A DNA stretch of 64,000 bases from Podarcis liolepis (taxonomy: Eukaryota): NCBI GenBank assembly GCA_965112155.1, contig OZ218100.1. The stretch is one strand, 5' to 3'. The notes below the pieces were generated by a model. It had not been told where the DNA came from and searched no databases. It saw only the letters and a program-made list of their open reading frames with translations. The translations under genes were made by a program, and so were the position numbers. Below, piece after piece: positions 1-12,731 of this stretch (position 1 is the first letter of the stretch; each line of letters starts with the position of its first letter).

Positions 1-176
1 CTAACCCAGAAATAGTGCTTCAGGTTAAGAACTTTGCTTCAGGATGAGAACAGAAATCGTGCTCTGGTGGCACGGCGGCAGCGGGAGGCCCCATTAGCTA
101 AAGTGGTGTCTCAGGTTAAGAACAGTTTCAGGTTAAAAACGGGCCTCTGGAACGAATTAAGTTCCTAACCTGACTG
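1..176 (+). mobile_element. Tc1/mariner (pogo/Tigger-like) MITE family A, partial at window edge
   Basis: Near-identical to the internal part of the full copy at 12500-12731. Ends ...taacctgactg|TA with a small deletion in the TIR. Confidence 0.85.
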
Positions 177-185
177 TATACAGTA

Positions 186-412
186 CAGTCGTACCTTGGA
201 AGTCAAACGGAATCTGTTCCGGAAGTCCGTTCGTTTTCCAAAACGTTCGGAAACCAAAGCGTGGCTTCTGATTCCTGCATCCAATTGGAAGCCACGCCGG
301 ACGTTCAGCTTCTGAAAATCATTCGAAAACCATAACACTCACTTCTGGGTTTCGATCGTTCAGGAGCCAATTTGTTCAGGAGCCAAGACATTTGAGATCC
401 AAGGTACGGCTG
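186..412. mobile_element. Tc1/mariner-like MITE family B
   Basis: TIRs CAGTCGTACCTTGGA / TCCAAGGTACGGCTG (1 mismatch in 15); TA on both sides (184-185, 413-414). Confidence 0.85.
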
Positions 413-671
413 TAGCTGACATTTACTTGATTTTATGATGATCTTGTCCAAGGCTTTCTGCCTTAAATATGTACATACCACACTGAGTTCCTTTCTGAGA
501 GTGGTGTGGCGAAAGCAACCTCTCAGTTCAAGGCAGGCTCTCCAAAAGCATTCATCACCTCTCTTAAAATCTCGCTTCCTCGTCACTTACTTGCATATTT
601 CTTCATTTGCTACATTTGCATCTTACCTTTCCTGCAAGATATTCAAGTGTCTTCCATACTCTCCTGCCCTT

Positions 672-780
672 CATTTTATCCTCTCAGCAATCATGTGAGG
701 GAGGTCAGGCTAGAAGTGTGTGACTGGTCCAAAGCCACCATGTGAGAGTTTCATGGCTGAGTAGGATTTTGAATCCCTGG
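672..780 (-). mobile_element. MIR/Ther1-type (Squam3-like) SINE fragment
   Basis: Sequence ttttatcctctcagcaat...gtgactggtccaaagccacc...ttcatggctgagtaggattttgaa is homologous to the copy at 33250-33397. Confidence 0.65.
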
Positions 781-813
781 CGCAACTTACTCAAAAGCTC
801 CTTAAATCACAGT

Positions 814-972
814 AATGGGCATGGCACAGCCAAGGGAGGGCAGGGAGGGGCAGCTGCCCCAATCAATAAAACCAATAAAAATACATAGCACTGAGGTTCT
901 GCCCCCACAACAAATTGCTTCCCCCCCAATAAAAGGCCTGCCCCCTAACAAAAATCCTGGCTTACGCCCATG
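814..972. mobile_element. GC-rich hAT-like MITE, degenerate
   Basis: Degenerate termini catggcacagccaaggg... and ...cctggcttacgcccatg, with internal ggggcag/ctgcccc motifs. Confidence 0.5.
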
Positions 973-1847
973 TTGCTCAGTGTAATGATTTTAATCTGAT
1001 CACCTTTTCCCCCTCTGTGTTTACATTTGAATAAAAAGTAAATAGCACAGTAGTAGTAGGCAGCTTTTCATTCTGGGCACCAAAGAGCCCATCAATCCAT
1101 CTCACAAACCATCTCACAACAGGTATGCCACCTAGTTATTGCTGTTCTTTCAATTAATGCATAAGGCAAATCTCCTTTCCATCTGGGTTCTTACAGCAGC
1201 CTGATACCCCTTTTCTTGTGACCTCACCATGCAATTGATTTGACACTGTCTGATCTGCTAGTGTGAGGCAGGTATGAGATTTCCAAGGGAATTGGGCAAG
1301 ACCTGGCTCAGAGGGCTTATTGCAGGGAGTGAAAGCAACTGGGGCATCTGGTAGGACTGCTTCTTCCTTTCCCTTCTGAGTTGCAGATGTCTTTTGAACG
1401 TGTTTGGAACAGTTCACAGCCAATGAAGACACTGTCCTTTTGCCAGCTGAGGCAAGGTTTATGTTGCCTTAGAGAAGGCTGCTTCTGGCACATACTGTTC
1501 TGGTATCTGTTGACAATTAGAAGCTAAAACCTCTGTAGTTGCACTCCAACGGCTTTCTTGGCACTTGGACTAATATTTTTCCTTGATAAAAATGAATTTG
1601 TCTCCTGAATTGTACCTGTTGATCTGAAGCAAATGGAAAATGTTCTGCGTGAAGTCTCAACCTTTTACCTTTCTGATTTTTCCTGCTGACTGTAAACTGA
1701 AATTATTGTTGTTAAAAGAAATTCTCTCCTGTGTAAGTTAATATTGGATTGTACAGAAAAGGTATTAACAGGCTCTCAGATGTGCCCTGCCCTATTAGCA
1801 AGAATATACAGTGATACAAAAATGAATTTGTCAAGAGTTTTATAGCT

Positions 1848-1979
1848 NNNNNNNNNNNNNNNNNNNNNNNNNNNNNNNNNNNNNNNNNNNNNNNNNNNNN
1901 NNNNNNNNNNNNNNNNNNNNNNNNNNNNNNNNNNNNNNNNNNNNNNNNNNNNNNNNNNNNNNNNNNNNNNNNNNNNNNN
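1848..1979. other. Assembly gap (132 N)
   Basis: Run of N bases. Confidence 1.
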
Positions 1980-3064
1980 ATCTTCCCTGCTAGAATATTA
2001 AAATTAATTGTAGTATAAGCAGGGCATTGCTTGAAGTAGAATCCTCCTACAAAGATTATAGTGTGAATTTATTTCTGTACTTTGTGCTTGCTTTATTGCA
2101 TGAAGAAATTGCTGTCTCACACCATCAAGGGCATGAGGCATGAGAGTGGTGGAGGACATATTACAAATGTTCAGGTTAAGAGATCTTTTATATTATTGTC
2201 CATGTCAGATCTAGGTAACCTAGCTGTTAATACTTTCATCTTTAAAGAACGTAGTGTAAGCAGAGTAACTTTGATTGTGTGTTCGCGCGCCTTCTTTTTA
2301 CCTTCAAGTTTTCTTAATGTAATGCATATGACAACACACTTTGACTAGAAGAGGGTGGTTGTTGTTGTTTTTTGGCTCTTTTGTTTATTTGCAACTTGAT
2401 CAGCCTTGCTGTTCAAACATACATTGGCACTGCCATGAAAGCTTGGATTGCACCTTGTTCCAGTAGTGAGATGCATGCCAGTCATCTGAAACTAGATCTA
2501 TGGCTGGCATCCAAAGAACAACTTTAGGCATGCCTCATGTTTTATTTAAACAGCAGGTCCTTATGCCATAAAACAGATTTTTGAAACTCTCCTCTGGTTC
2601 AAAGTGAGTGCTACATGGCATGAAAGCCAAAAGCCCTTTAGACACACACAAGGAGTTGTGCATTACATTTCTTTGGACCTTGGCCTGTGTGAGTATTGTA
2701 TAGTTACCATCCTATGTTATGTGCCTGTCATGGATGAGAACATTCAGCCCATGGCTGCACATCTGGGTGGTCTTCACGTGAAGTGAATAGAAAGTTAGAA
2801 GTGAAGGGAAACCCACCCCAACCTTTATAAGTTGAAGTGAATCTAGACTTGCTACTGTCAGCTACAAGCTGTAGCAAATAGGCTGATGGATGTTGACCTC
2901 AGGTCCAACTTAAGTGGCTAGATAGCAGGCCACTTGATCTATTCTTTGCAGATTTTGGAATGTCTTTTTAAATGTGTTTGTCACCTGATTAAAGAAACCT
3001 AGATGATTTAATCATTTAATGTATTAAATTTGAAAAAACACAATAGTTGAACAATGAGAAAAAA

Positions 3065-3745
3065 TAAATATTTGTATTTAATTTGACTTTATTTAGAATA
3101 TTCATTTCCTGCCTTTCAACAAAATTCTTAGGGTAGCTAACACTCAAATACATGAATAAAAATACAAAGAAGGCAAAATATCAAAAATACAGGATAAAAA
3201 TGCAAATTCCTAGAAATGAAAAGTAGCCTCAAATTCCATGACAAAGATAAACTTTAGGTGGATAATATATTTTAGGCATGGGGGAATGAAAAGCTGTTCA
3301 ACTGAATCCAAAAAGATATCAAGGAAGATGCTAGGTGAGCCTCCTTGAAGAGGGCATTCCAACCATTAAAAATGTTCTTCCCCAAAGCCACCCGCATTTC
3401 ACTTGGCAAGGGGGCACATAGAGAAGAGCTCTCAAATTCTAGAAAGATGCATGTGGAGACAGACAATCCTTTAAGGTGGGATGAGGAACATGTGTCACAA
3501 CAGATATGGCTGCATTTCAGCTCCCATCAACTCCAGACAGCATGCCCCAATGATCAGGGGTGATAAGACATCTGGAGGAACACAGGTTCCCCACTCCTGC
3601 TTTAAGGTGACCTGGTCCTAAACAATAAATAGGCTTCAGAAGTTAAAACCAGTACTTGGAATTTGCTTGGAAGCAGACTGGAGCCAGTGCAGTTGGCAAA
3701 GCACCCGCATGAGATGCTTCTACTGTTCAGTCCCAGTTAGCAAAG
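3065..3745 (-). mobile_element. Old degraded L2-like LINE 3' portion
   Basis: TTTA-rich tail with cctgccttt, then agggcattcca and actggagccagtgcag, which resemble motifs in the young L2 copy at 53669-54642. Boundaries approximate. Confidence 0.5.
3477..3599. mobile_element. hAT (Charlie-like) MITE nested in the L2 remnant
   Basis: Perfect 8-bp TSD CTTTAAGG (3469-3476, 3600-3607); 3' end acatctggag...aggttccccactcctg. Confidence 0.8.
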
Positions 3746-5573
3746 TTCTATATAGTCTGCCAGATTGATTGCACGTTGTGTCGTGCTGAAGTAGAAAATC
3801 TGTATAAAGTATAAAGTTGTGGGTTGGTTTTTTATTTTATTTTGATCTTATTGCCTTATCAACCGACACATATTTTACAAGACGAATCCCCTTGCAGTTC
3901 AGTTTGCTAAAGCAAAGCATGGTATCTGCACAAGGAGAGGTGTGTAGAATTGAGGATTAAATGTTTCATCTCTACATGGCTGTGGTTTATGCTGCCACCT
4001 ATCTGGCTTATTGTTTCCTCCTGGATACATTATTTCCCCACTAAGCAGCTTTTCATATCCTTGCTTTTAGATCTTGCTTCCAGAAGTGAGTGATGTTTGC
4101 AGAGCTGTCTGTTTGCGGTACACTGCAGCATGCATTAAGCAGAAATCTCTGTTATTTGGAGTTGAAGTTTTCATCTTAAAGCCTTGATGGAGATCCCTGT
4201 CTCATGTTATCAGTGTTGAGAATTCTTCACAAATCTGAAGAATTCAGCAACCTTGTCTCTTTTAAATCTGCATGTCCCAGCCCTGTTGGGGTATTATAAT
4301 GGCATATATGGGGACTTCCTGTAAAAACAGATGGATATTAATTTATTAAATAGCTTCCTTTTTGGTATTTACTCTTAAGAGGGAGGAAATAAGCAACATT
4401 TTTATTCTTAAGTTTGTAAATCTCCTGTAACCTCACCTCTCTTCTGCCGCCTTCCCATATTTATCTGTGGGAAATGTGATCTGCATTTTTAAAGTACCAG
4501 CCTGCTATTTATGCTGTCTGTTATTTAAATTGATTGGGTCTTTTCTTTTAACTCTTGTAATGGGGTTTCAGAACTGTTTTGTTTCCTGGTCTAAGCCTTT
4601 TAAATTTGTTCACCCTTGAAGAGCACTGAGCTATGTGCCGAATAAATAGTTTGTGTCTCTGCTTATTACCTTTTCTGAGAAAAGAAAACAAGTTTTAAAG
4701 CCGCAGCTGACAGTGCTGGTTGGATCTACATGATTTTTATTTTTTTTAATGATGGAGGGATGAAAAATGGAAATGGGAACTAAATTCAGTGAATAGTCAG
4801 AAGGTGACTAAAACACGATTTAAATTTTAGTGATGTTGCCAGGTTCTGTCACTCCACTTATTCTGCTCAGAAATATATTATCAGATCAGTGTTTGGAAGA
4901 GAACTCTCATCTAGTTTGGCTGTTTTTAATTAGGGTAAAGAAATTGGAGTGTAATGTGATATTGGGTGTTCCTCCCTCCCTTTACCAATTATATCTGACC
5001 CAGGTTAGCCACACTAAGTGCAAATATAATAGTGCTAAAAACCTAGCTGGTTCCTAAAAGGAAGTGGTAGAGTAGATGGATTGGGGTAGGGAGTTTTGAG
5101 GTATGTGTTCCTGAGATTTCAGCCCTACTTAATAATAGCAATATAGTGTTGTGTCTGTAGTGGTCCTCCTAAAGCATATATTAACTTCCTTTCCACTTTA
5201 TTGTGTAGTGGAAAAGATTGAGGTGACCAAATGGAGCCCCCCAGTATTTTGTACCCCCACTATCCCTTCTGGATTTCACTGAAAACTCACTTAAAGTAAC
5301 AAGCCAGGGTAGGCACACAACCCTGTAGCACTAGTAATTTTCTAGGTAGGGGGAAATCTTGTAAGCTGCTAGATGGCAGAATCAATGCTATACGAAAATC
5401 CAGCATTCACCGGGAAACAATTAAAAAGCAAATGGTTGGAGTGGCCTGGAAAATAGAAAATATAGATATATTTTTCTGAGGTGGGTGGATGTTCCCCAGA
5501 TGAATATGCACTGTGTCTGATTGGAAGGGCTGGTAGGAAAGGATGTCTACTGCTAGATACCCACTACTCTTGT

Positions 5574-5850
5574 CAGGGGAGCCAACTTGGGCCCCAGGTT
5601 ATGGGTGCTCAGTGCACGTGACATCATGACAAGATGGCGCACCCCCCAGCCTTAGAATATGAATTGTGGTGGCACCAGAAGTTGGGTTATATTATGAGGT
5701 CTTGGAATGCCTCGGCCTCAGAGATGCTATCTGAGGCTTTGCGAGACCTCAGAAATTGCGTCAGGGGCCATGCGGTGTGGGTGCTGAGCACCCACAACAA
5801 TTTTTTGTGGGTGCTTGGGCACTCAGAGCGCCCTATAGTTGGCGCCCCAA
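5574..5850. mobile_element. hAT-like MITE
   Basis: TIR-like ends CAGGGGAGCCAACT / AGTTGGCGCCCC; repeated tgggtgct motifs and the palindrome gtgggtgctgagcacccac. Confidence 0.6.
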
Positions 5851-5975
5851 CTCCAGCAAAAATAGTGAGGCTTGCTTTCTGTATAGTGGATTGTACATGT
5901 ATCCCTTCACTCTTCCCAATAGTGGGGGGGGGGCCGCAGGGCGGAGAGATTTAAAGTCAGTTAGTTGACCTAGGG

Positions 5976-6109
5976 CAGGCTTCCTCAATCTCGGCCCTCC
6001 AGATGTTTTTAGACTACAACCCAGCATCCCGGACCACTGGTCCTGCTAGCTAGGGATCATGGGAGTTGTAGGCCAAAAACATCTGGAGGGCGGAGGTTGA
6101 GGAAGCCTG
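5976..6109. mobile_element. Palindromic hAT (Charlie-like) MITE family C
   Basis: TIR CAGGCTTCCTCAA / TTGAGGAAGCCTG; 8-bp TSD acctaggg/atctaggg; same core as 38903-39038. Confidence 0.88.
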
Positions 6110-9100
6110 ATCTAGGGAAAATCTAGGGTTGGGTACCATAATGTTTTCAGATAATGTCTTCTTGGAGCCTGCCAAAGTTCCCTGTAACTTATAATTTTTA
6201 CTTTTAGGAATGGGCCTTTTTTGGCATTTTTCTTTGGTTGGATGGGCTTGCCTGTTTGGAGGTAGATTACCTTTATTTTTCTTTTTGCCTATACTTTATT
6301 TGGTTTTGGGGAGTTGTAGTTGTTTTGCCTGTTAAAAGGGGGTTCTGAGCATGAGCAGTTCTTGTTTGTGAAATTCGTATATTGCGGTGCCAAATGAGAG
6401 TTCCTTAGATTTCCAACTGTGATCTTGGGCCTTGAAATACTGTGTAAATAACTTGCTTTTCCTAAGAGTTAGAAGTAAAAAAGGGTCTCCTATTTCTAGC
6501 TCAGACTGGTTAACCTGAATAAAAGATCCATGCTGTTTAAATAAGCTCTTACGTTGATAGCTTCATAAATTATCACTTTGCTAAATAGAGATGTTAATAT
6601 GTTCAAACAAGATGTTGTTCTTGAGGCAAAAGCAAACTGAAGTGGTCTTGGACTTAAAATACATTTTAAAGAAATGTTTATACTGTCGCTTGTCAGTGGC
6701 AGATGCACAGTTTTCTTAAGCTTCCTTCTGTAGCTAAGGCCACTTTACATAAACAATTGCCCCGTCGGGTTTCTTGAAAGGCCCAAAATAGCTATTGGAC
6801 TGTCTATTGGTGGCTTGCAAGTGCTTTGTGCAGTTTTTATTTTGTTAGTCTGCTGATGGAAAGGCAGGCTGTTCAATAATATGTGGTGTGAGCTGTTGCA
6901 CACAAATGGCTTGGCACATGGAATAGCTAGCACATGGAATAGCTGCTACATTGACACCTTCTCAAGTGGCTTCTGTGCGGCTGTCATCTTTAGCAAAGTA
7001 GGGGACACTGAAGGCCTGTGCAGAGAGCGGGGGTAGCTGGGTACACTTGCCTCGGGACTTGGAGGGCTAAGTTGGTCAGGGGCCCCAGCCAGGGTCCGGC
7101 TGCTTTTGGGTTTGAGTTTATATGTGGCAACCACTTGTGTGGGGGTTCAGTTCCTGGCCCCTCACATTGATGGAGTGTGCATAAGTCTGTCCTGCCCCTG
7201 TTCTGACCTGCCCCTGTTTCACCCCCTTTCTGCTCTTCCAGGTCCAGAAGGACCTGCACATTAGCAATCACACATCAATTGAATGGGCCTGAAATGGTCA
7301 TCACCTGTATAACTATCCTAACAAGACTCTCGCCCCAGAGCCTCAGATAAGCTTTGCAGGGATCTGGAAACATGAGTTAGTTTTTTTTTCTTTCTTGTTC
7401 TAGTCTCTGACTTGCTGGACTCTTTCCCCAGAACATTTAAATTGGGGGGGGGGGAGTATTTTTTTTAGTAGTGGTAGGTATAGTAAAAGAAGTGATGTAC
7501 CACCCATTAATTTTTCCCAACTGTGCAGATACTTTGAAAAGAAACTTGGATTAGGACAATAATTTTACCACTGTGTTGCATCCATTTTATATAGATCCTA
7601 GTCACAGAATATTGCAGCACCTCTTTTATAATTCACATGTAATTGTAAGCAATTCTATCTCTTTGTATCAATAACAAAAATCCTCTGAGCATGTGTTACC
7701 TTTCCGATCCGTGCAGTAATGGATGGCTGTGAATGTTTTATCAGAATACTCAATATGCCTTGGTGCATCCTCTTCCCCCACCCCCACCCCGTCTGTATGT
7801 TTCTCAAGCCATGTGTATTCTGTCATTTTAAGGAGGAGGGAAGAACTGTTTTCAACATGTACATCCCTTCCTGATTTGACAGCTCTAAGAGGAAAATCTC
7901 TCTCTACTGCAGCTAGTGGAGTAACAGTTGACCAGCTCCATTGAATGTGACAGTGAATGAATGGTAAGAGAAATGTGAGAGTAGAAAAAAGAAGGTGACA
8001 GCATCATAATGCAGGAGATACTTGTGAGAGAATATTAGGTCTATCAGTATATTGTGCGGTCTCAAGGGCACAGAAAAAGCTATTGACTCTTGTACAGATC
8101 CTGTTAACTAGCTCTTTTTGCTCATTTTTAGAACATCCTTGGTTGAAATTTAATTTGTTAGGTTCATATAAAAGCTTTCTCCCCCCCCCCCCGCCATCCT
8201 TCCATACCATGCAAGTGTACGGAAATGTATTTCCGTTGTATAGTTTTCTCCATGGTTTGTAGAAGGCTTTTAAGAAACCTGTCCCATCTTCTCTATAGGA
8301 GATAACAGTAATTCTTCCAGACCCACTTCCTAATTTTTCTATGCTGTAATTGTAGACATAGTCATAGGCTGACAATTACTTTGCCTTTAGAGCATGCTTC
8401 CAGGTTGCTCCTGACATTATGTGTATTTTTTTCTCATTAGAGCAGTAAATGTGACAGTTACTCATAGCACACAGTGGAGAAATCAAGAGGTTTGTCACAG
8501 ATGAAATTTGGCAGCAGCATGCTGTTATCTATCCACTCCAAAAGTAGAAGCAAAGTTAGGCTCTATTGTATAAAATGATTTTTGTCCTTAAGTTGTTATT
8601 TTTTTAAAGTGGCCCTGCAGAAGAGGAGAAATAGGCTCCATCATGTTCAGGGGTAGGTGGATAGTTGAGTTTATTAAAGTGTCATGTGTCCAGTTCTGCT
8701 GGGACCTGAGACATACAGGGGAAATGGAAGGAAGAAGCAGGTGAGGAGCCATAAGCCCTGCTGGCTGAGCTTTGAAAGATGTCATAGCAAAGAGCTGGGG
8801 CCACCTGAGGCCTTATGTAGTCTGCCAAGGCATACCTTGCCATTGGTTCTTCAGAAGGTAGCTTTGGTGCTTTGAAGTGCCCATATTTGCAGATGCTTCT
8901 GCGCGTGCTGATTTCTGCACTGAAAGGGATGGAGATGCAATTGGGTATGTTGTGCTCTGTCTGAGAAAGGCTGGACACTGATGTGCTCAGACCAGGAGGG
9001 CCCAGGGTGGGGGAGAGTGCTGAGTACCCCCTGTAGAATGTAATGGCTTGTACCACACAAGCTCATAAAACTAGCAGTGAAACTATATTGTGTGTGTTTG

Positions 9101-9539
9101 TGTGTGGCTGGGAATTAGATTAGGCCAGAGAGTGAGATCCTTTTCATCTCCAGCCCCTGTGGGTCAGAATGATGCTGGGTACCCGCTAACTGATTGGAGA
9201 TGCAAAGCATTACACACAGTGGTATTCAAGCCTCAGTGATCAGCTGATAGTTTGCAAAGTTAAGTGCATGGGGCTTTTATAAGGCCCAACAATCAGCTGA
9301 TGGTCAGCACTTGCAAAGTATTATGCCTAGAGCTTTGCAGGTGCTGCCAATCAGCTGGTTGATGGCACCCACAGACCTGTTTTGGCCCAGCTGCATCTTT
9401 ACGTGCCCTACACCTGATGTTATGTATGGTGTTACATGTAGGGCACGTGGGCATGGTTTGAGCAAAATTGTCTTGCAAATCAAACGTGGCTGGCAAGCCT
9501 AATTAGGCCTGTGGGCATGGGGTTCCTCACTGCTGGTTT

Positions 9540-10115
9540 AATCCCTTCCACTGAGAGCCCTCTAATCAGAAGCCACTCTCCTGACATCAGAAGGACATCT
9601 TCAGAAGGTGTTAATCAGGTCACAGCTTATGTGAAGAATGCTGCCCTTTAGATACCTAGGCTGTTCAATGATTTTTCTCCCAAACTCAGCACCCTGAATA
9701 AAGGTCAAAGACCATCCTTTGTACTGAGTAATAAGATCAGTTTCAATTAATAAACTGGCTTGCACATTCTTCACCAGTTGAAATTTCAATATGTACATTT
9801 CCCAAGGCAGCACTGCCTGGCATAATGCATATTGTAGTAATTAAGCTTGGATGTTAATAGCATGGATTACTAGAGCCACTTTATCTGCTTCCAATAAGGG
9901 ATGTAGCTGGTGAATGAGAAGCACTTGATGCCACCAGTGATTCTCTAGCAATGATGGATCTAGAAGTACCCTCAGGATACCTTGATCAGGAGATATGAAC
10001 CCATATTAGAATAGGCTGAATGTTCGTTGGTTTGATAAGTCATTAACCAGCATCACCTTTGCCTTATCTGAATTGAGCTTCAGTCAGTTTGCTTTCATCC
10101 ACCCCGGTACTGACT
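9540..10115 (-). mobile_element. Old degraded L2-like LINE fragment
   Basis: Decayed reverse-strand matches to the ORF2 motifs LKLNxDK (ttatctgaattgagcttcag), LDxxL (ggatctagaagtacc) and the HA...DYCN region. Boundaries approximate. Confidence 0.5.
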
Positions 10116-12499
10116 CTAAGCATTTTCAACTAATAAGATAGGCAAAATGAGGAAGAGGAAGTAGAATATGTTTCACTTTGTTATTTTATTTAAGGCTGGC
10201 ACACACAGAATGCCTATTTCAACAGCCAACCAGCATCTATTTCAATCTCGAGCCGTATTCTTCTTGTTTATGGTTCTAATTCTGATACAGTAGACGATTA
10301 GCCATGAAAACTTAACAAATCGTCTCTTTTGCAAAGCCAGTGTACCGTTGATTACTGGATGCTGAGGACAAACAGGGTTTCACTAGCATGCCTCACTCAA
10401 AAGCTTTCCAGAGGCATCTGGCTGACTACTGTTAAAGGCAGAATGCTTAATGGTTGGTATCGCATGCCCATTGTTAAGTTAATGGAATATAAATTTTTAG
10501 AAAACAAGCATCTTAATTGTCATATGATACATCTTAGGCCAAAACTTTATTTGATTTCCCAGAGTTTTACTGTAAGTGTTTGTCTCAGTGGAAGCACTGA
10601 TAACGTTTTTTTAGCTCCTGATATTTCCCATTATCTCATTTTTTAAAAGTTTCAAATTGAGGTTAGGCAGCTGGTTATGATTCTGTCCCCCAAACTGAAG
10701 ACTGCTGTCTAGAGAACTTCCAGTACATGTCCTGGAGCTTCTAGCAATTTTTTTCTAACAATTCACCCCACAGCTCATTCAAAAACATTTTTAATACCCC
10801 CCCGCCAACTTTTTTATTTTAAAAGAACCTTGTTGTGCTCCACACTCTGCTCCAGAGACTCAGAAGACCTGTGTGTTTCACTGTGCGTGCATATGTGCAT
10901 CTTCCTGGTCAGCTTCCCTTCCCCAGGTTATATTTTGTCTTCCAAGTGGGATGGACAATGGGCAGAGGAGAGGGAGGAGCCATGTGCACTTCTTTTCAGC
11001 TTGCTCTTTAAAACTCTTGCACTTCAGGTCAGTGTTCCTATTGTTGAACACTCACATGTCTGCATGGCTCTCTGATAAAACTATTGTTGTCAGCATTGTC
11101 CTTGATATGCATTGCATACTTAGCATTCATTGAAGTACTGTGTTGATAAAGTAGGGGGAAAAAAAGTATGGCCATCTAACACACAAGGATGACAGCACAT
11201 GAAATCTGTAAGCTTGGATCTAATTGATTTTAAAGTCATTTGCTTATACAGTTATACATAGTTTGCATAGTTAATAAGCTGCTGTTTTCTAAAAGGCAAG
11301 CACTTATAACTGTCAGAAATCTGTTGAAATTAGTTGGCAATGGAGAGTTAAATATTGGCTTGGTGAACTGTGTTCTTGCATCCTTAATTGACCTGCATGA
11401 TGTGTTTAATGAGCTGTATGTGAAAACACTTTTTTTGTAAAAAAAAAATAATGAAAAAAAGAATAGGGTTACTTAAAAAAACAATGCCCTTGCACACTTT
11501 CCTCTCTCAGGATGTATACAGCTACTTTTTGAAAGTGATTCTGGATCCCTTGGTAATCCATTAGCCATTCAACTACTGCCCTCAGTGCTATGAAGCTCTG
11601 AAGTCTCTTGCGAATGTGGCATGTATGATATTTTATCAGCAGAAATTTGAAACATATCATGCCCTAGAGAAAGGTCAACTTAATCCTTTTGTATTGTGAG
11701 TAGTAAGTAATTTATATTTTCTTCCACTAGAAAAGCAGTTTAATGGCCCTTTAGGTAATGTTTAATAACTGAGAATGCAAGTTAAATTGACCAGCTGCTA
11801 CATCTCTGCCCTCTTTGTAATGACATGTGAGACTGAGAAATTTCACACTCATTTGTTTGATTATTCTAATTGTTTCTTTTAAATGCAAAGCATGAAAGAG
11901 TTCCCACAACTGAGAATAACCTCTCTAAATCAAATGTAAATCCTATGGTGTATGGAAACTTGCTAATGTTCAGGATGCTTATACAGTATTTTAGTGGACC
12001 GGTTAAGGAGGGATGTATTCAGAATTCCCCTGTGCTTGGATGAAATCTGTGATACATAGCAGAGCACCTAGTGCTTCTCTGTATTCCAAAAGAAACTTAC
12101 CCAGGTTGCTTGTTCAATGAAGTGGCACAGCATATTTTGCTATGTTGAATTTTTTCTTCTTCTCCAGTGCATGTTTATATTGCTTAAGATGCTTGCAGGC
12201 AGCTGCATCACTAAGAAGTTGCCCATTCCAATCACTCTCTACAGACAGAATCAGGTTCAGACACGGGAACAGTTGGATTTTTGTGTGGGTTGAATGCCTG
12301 AAAAGCCGTGTTACAGTTCCACCAATAAAGAACAACTTTTATTTGTTAATTAGGGCGACAGAAAGGCAGCTATTGAGAGAATGGTTGCTTGCTTTTGTCA
12401 CAGATATTGGCGACTTGCTTACATTACTAACTTACTTACTAACTTACTTATTACCAGCCTCCCCCGCCCCTAATGACCTTCTACTAGGGAAAATATGTA

Positions 12500-12731
12500 C
12501 AGTGGTACCTCGGGTTACATACGCTTCAGGTTGCAGACGCTTCAGGTTACAGACCCCACTAGCCCAGAAATAGTACCTCGGGTTAAGAACTTTGCTTCAG
12601 GATGAGAACAGAAATCGTGCTGTAGCGGCAGCAGGAGGCCCCATTAGCTAAAGTGGTGCTTCAGGTTAAGAAGTTTCAGGTTAAGAACAGACCTCCGGAA
12701 TGAATTAAGTTCTTAACCCGAGGTACCACTG
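12500..12731 (+). mobile_element. Tc1/mariner (pogo/Tigger-like) MITE family A, full length 232 bp
   Basis: Perfect 18-bp TIR CAGTGGTACCTCGGGTTA / TAACCCGAGGTACCACTG; TA TSD (12498-12499, 12732-12733); internal (gc)ttcaggtt repeats. Confidence 0.92.

Noticed and set aside
1-170. Regularly recurring ttcaggttaag motifs as a CRISPR-like array
   Set aside because: These are short subterminal repeats of a eukaryotic MITE with irregular spacing; there are no cas genes and the context is vertebrate.
8004-8375. 123-aa minus-strand ORF with faint resemblance to an L1-type ORF2 C-terminus (EKL...F.K.W)
   Set aside because: The similarity is too weak to support without a search, and the frame includes a poly-G run.
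12142-12573. 143-aa plus-strand ORF
   Set aside because: It spans low-complexity (CTTA)n and the start of a MITE, with no homology I recognise.
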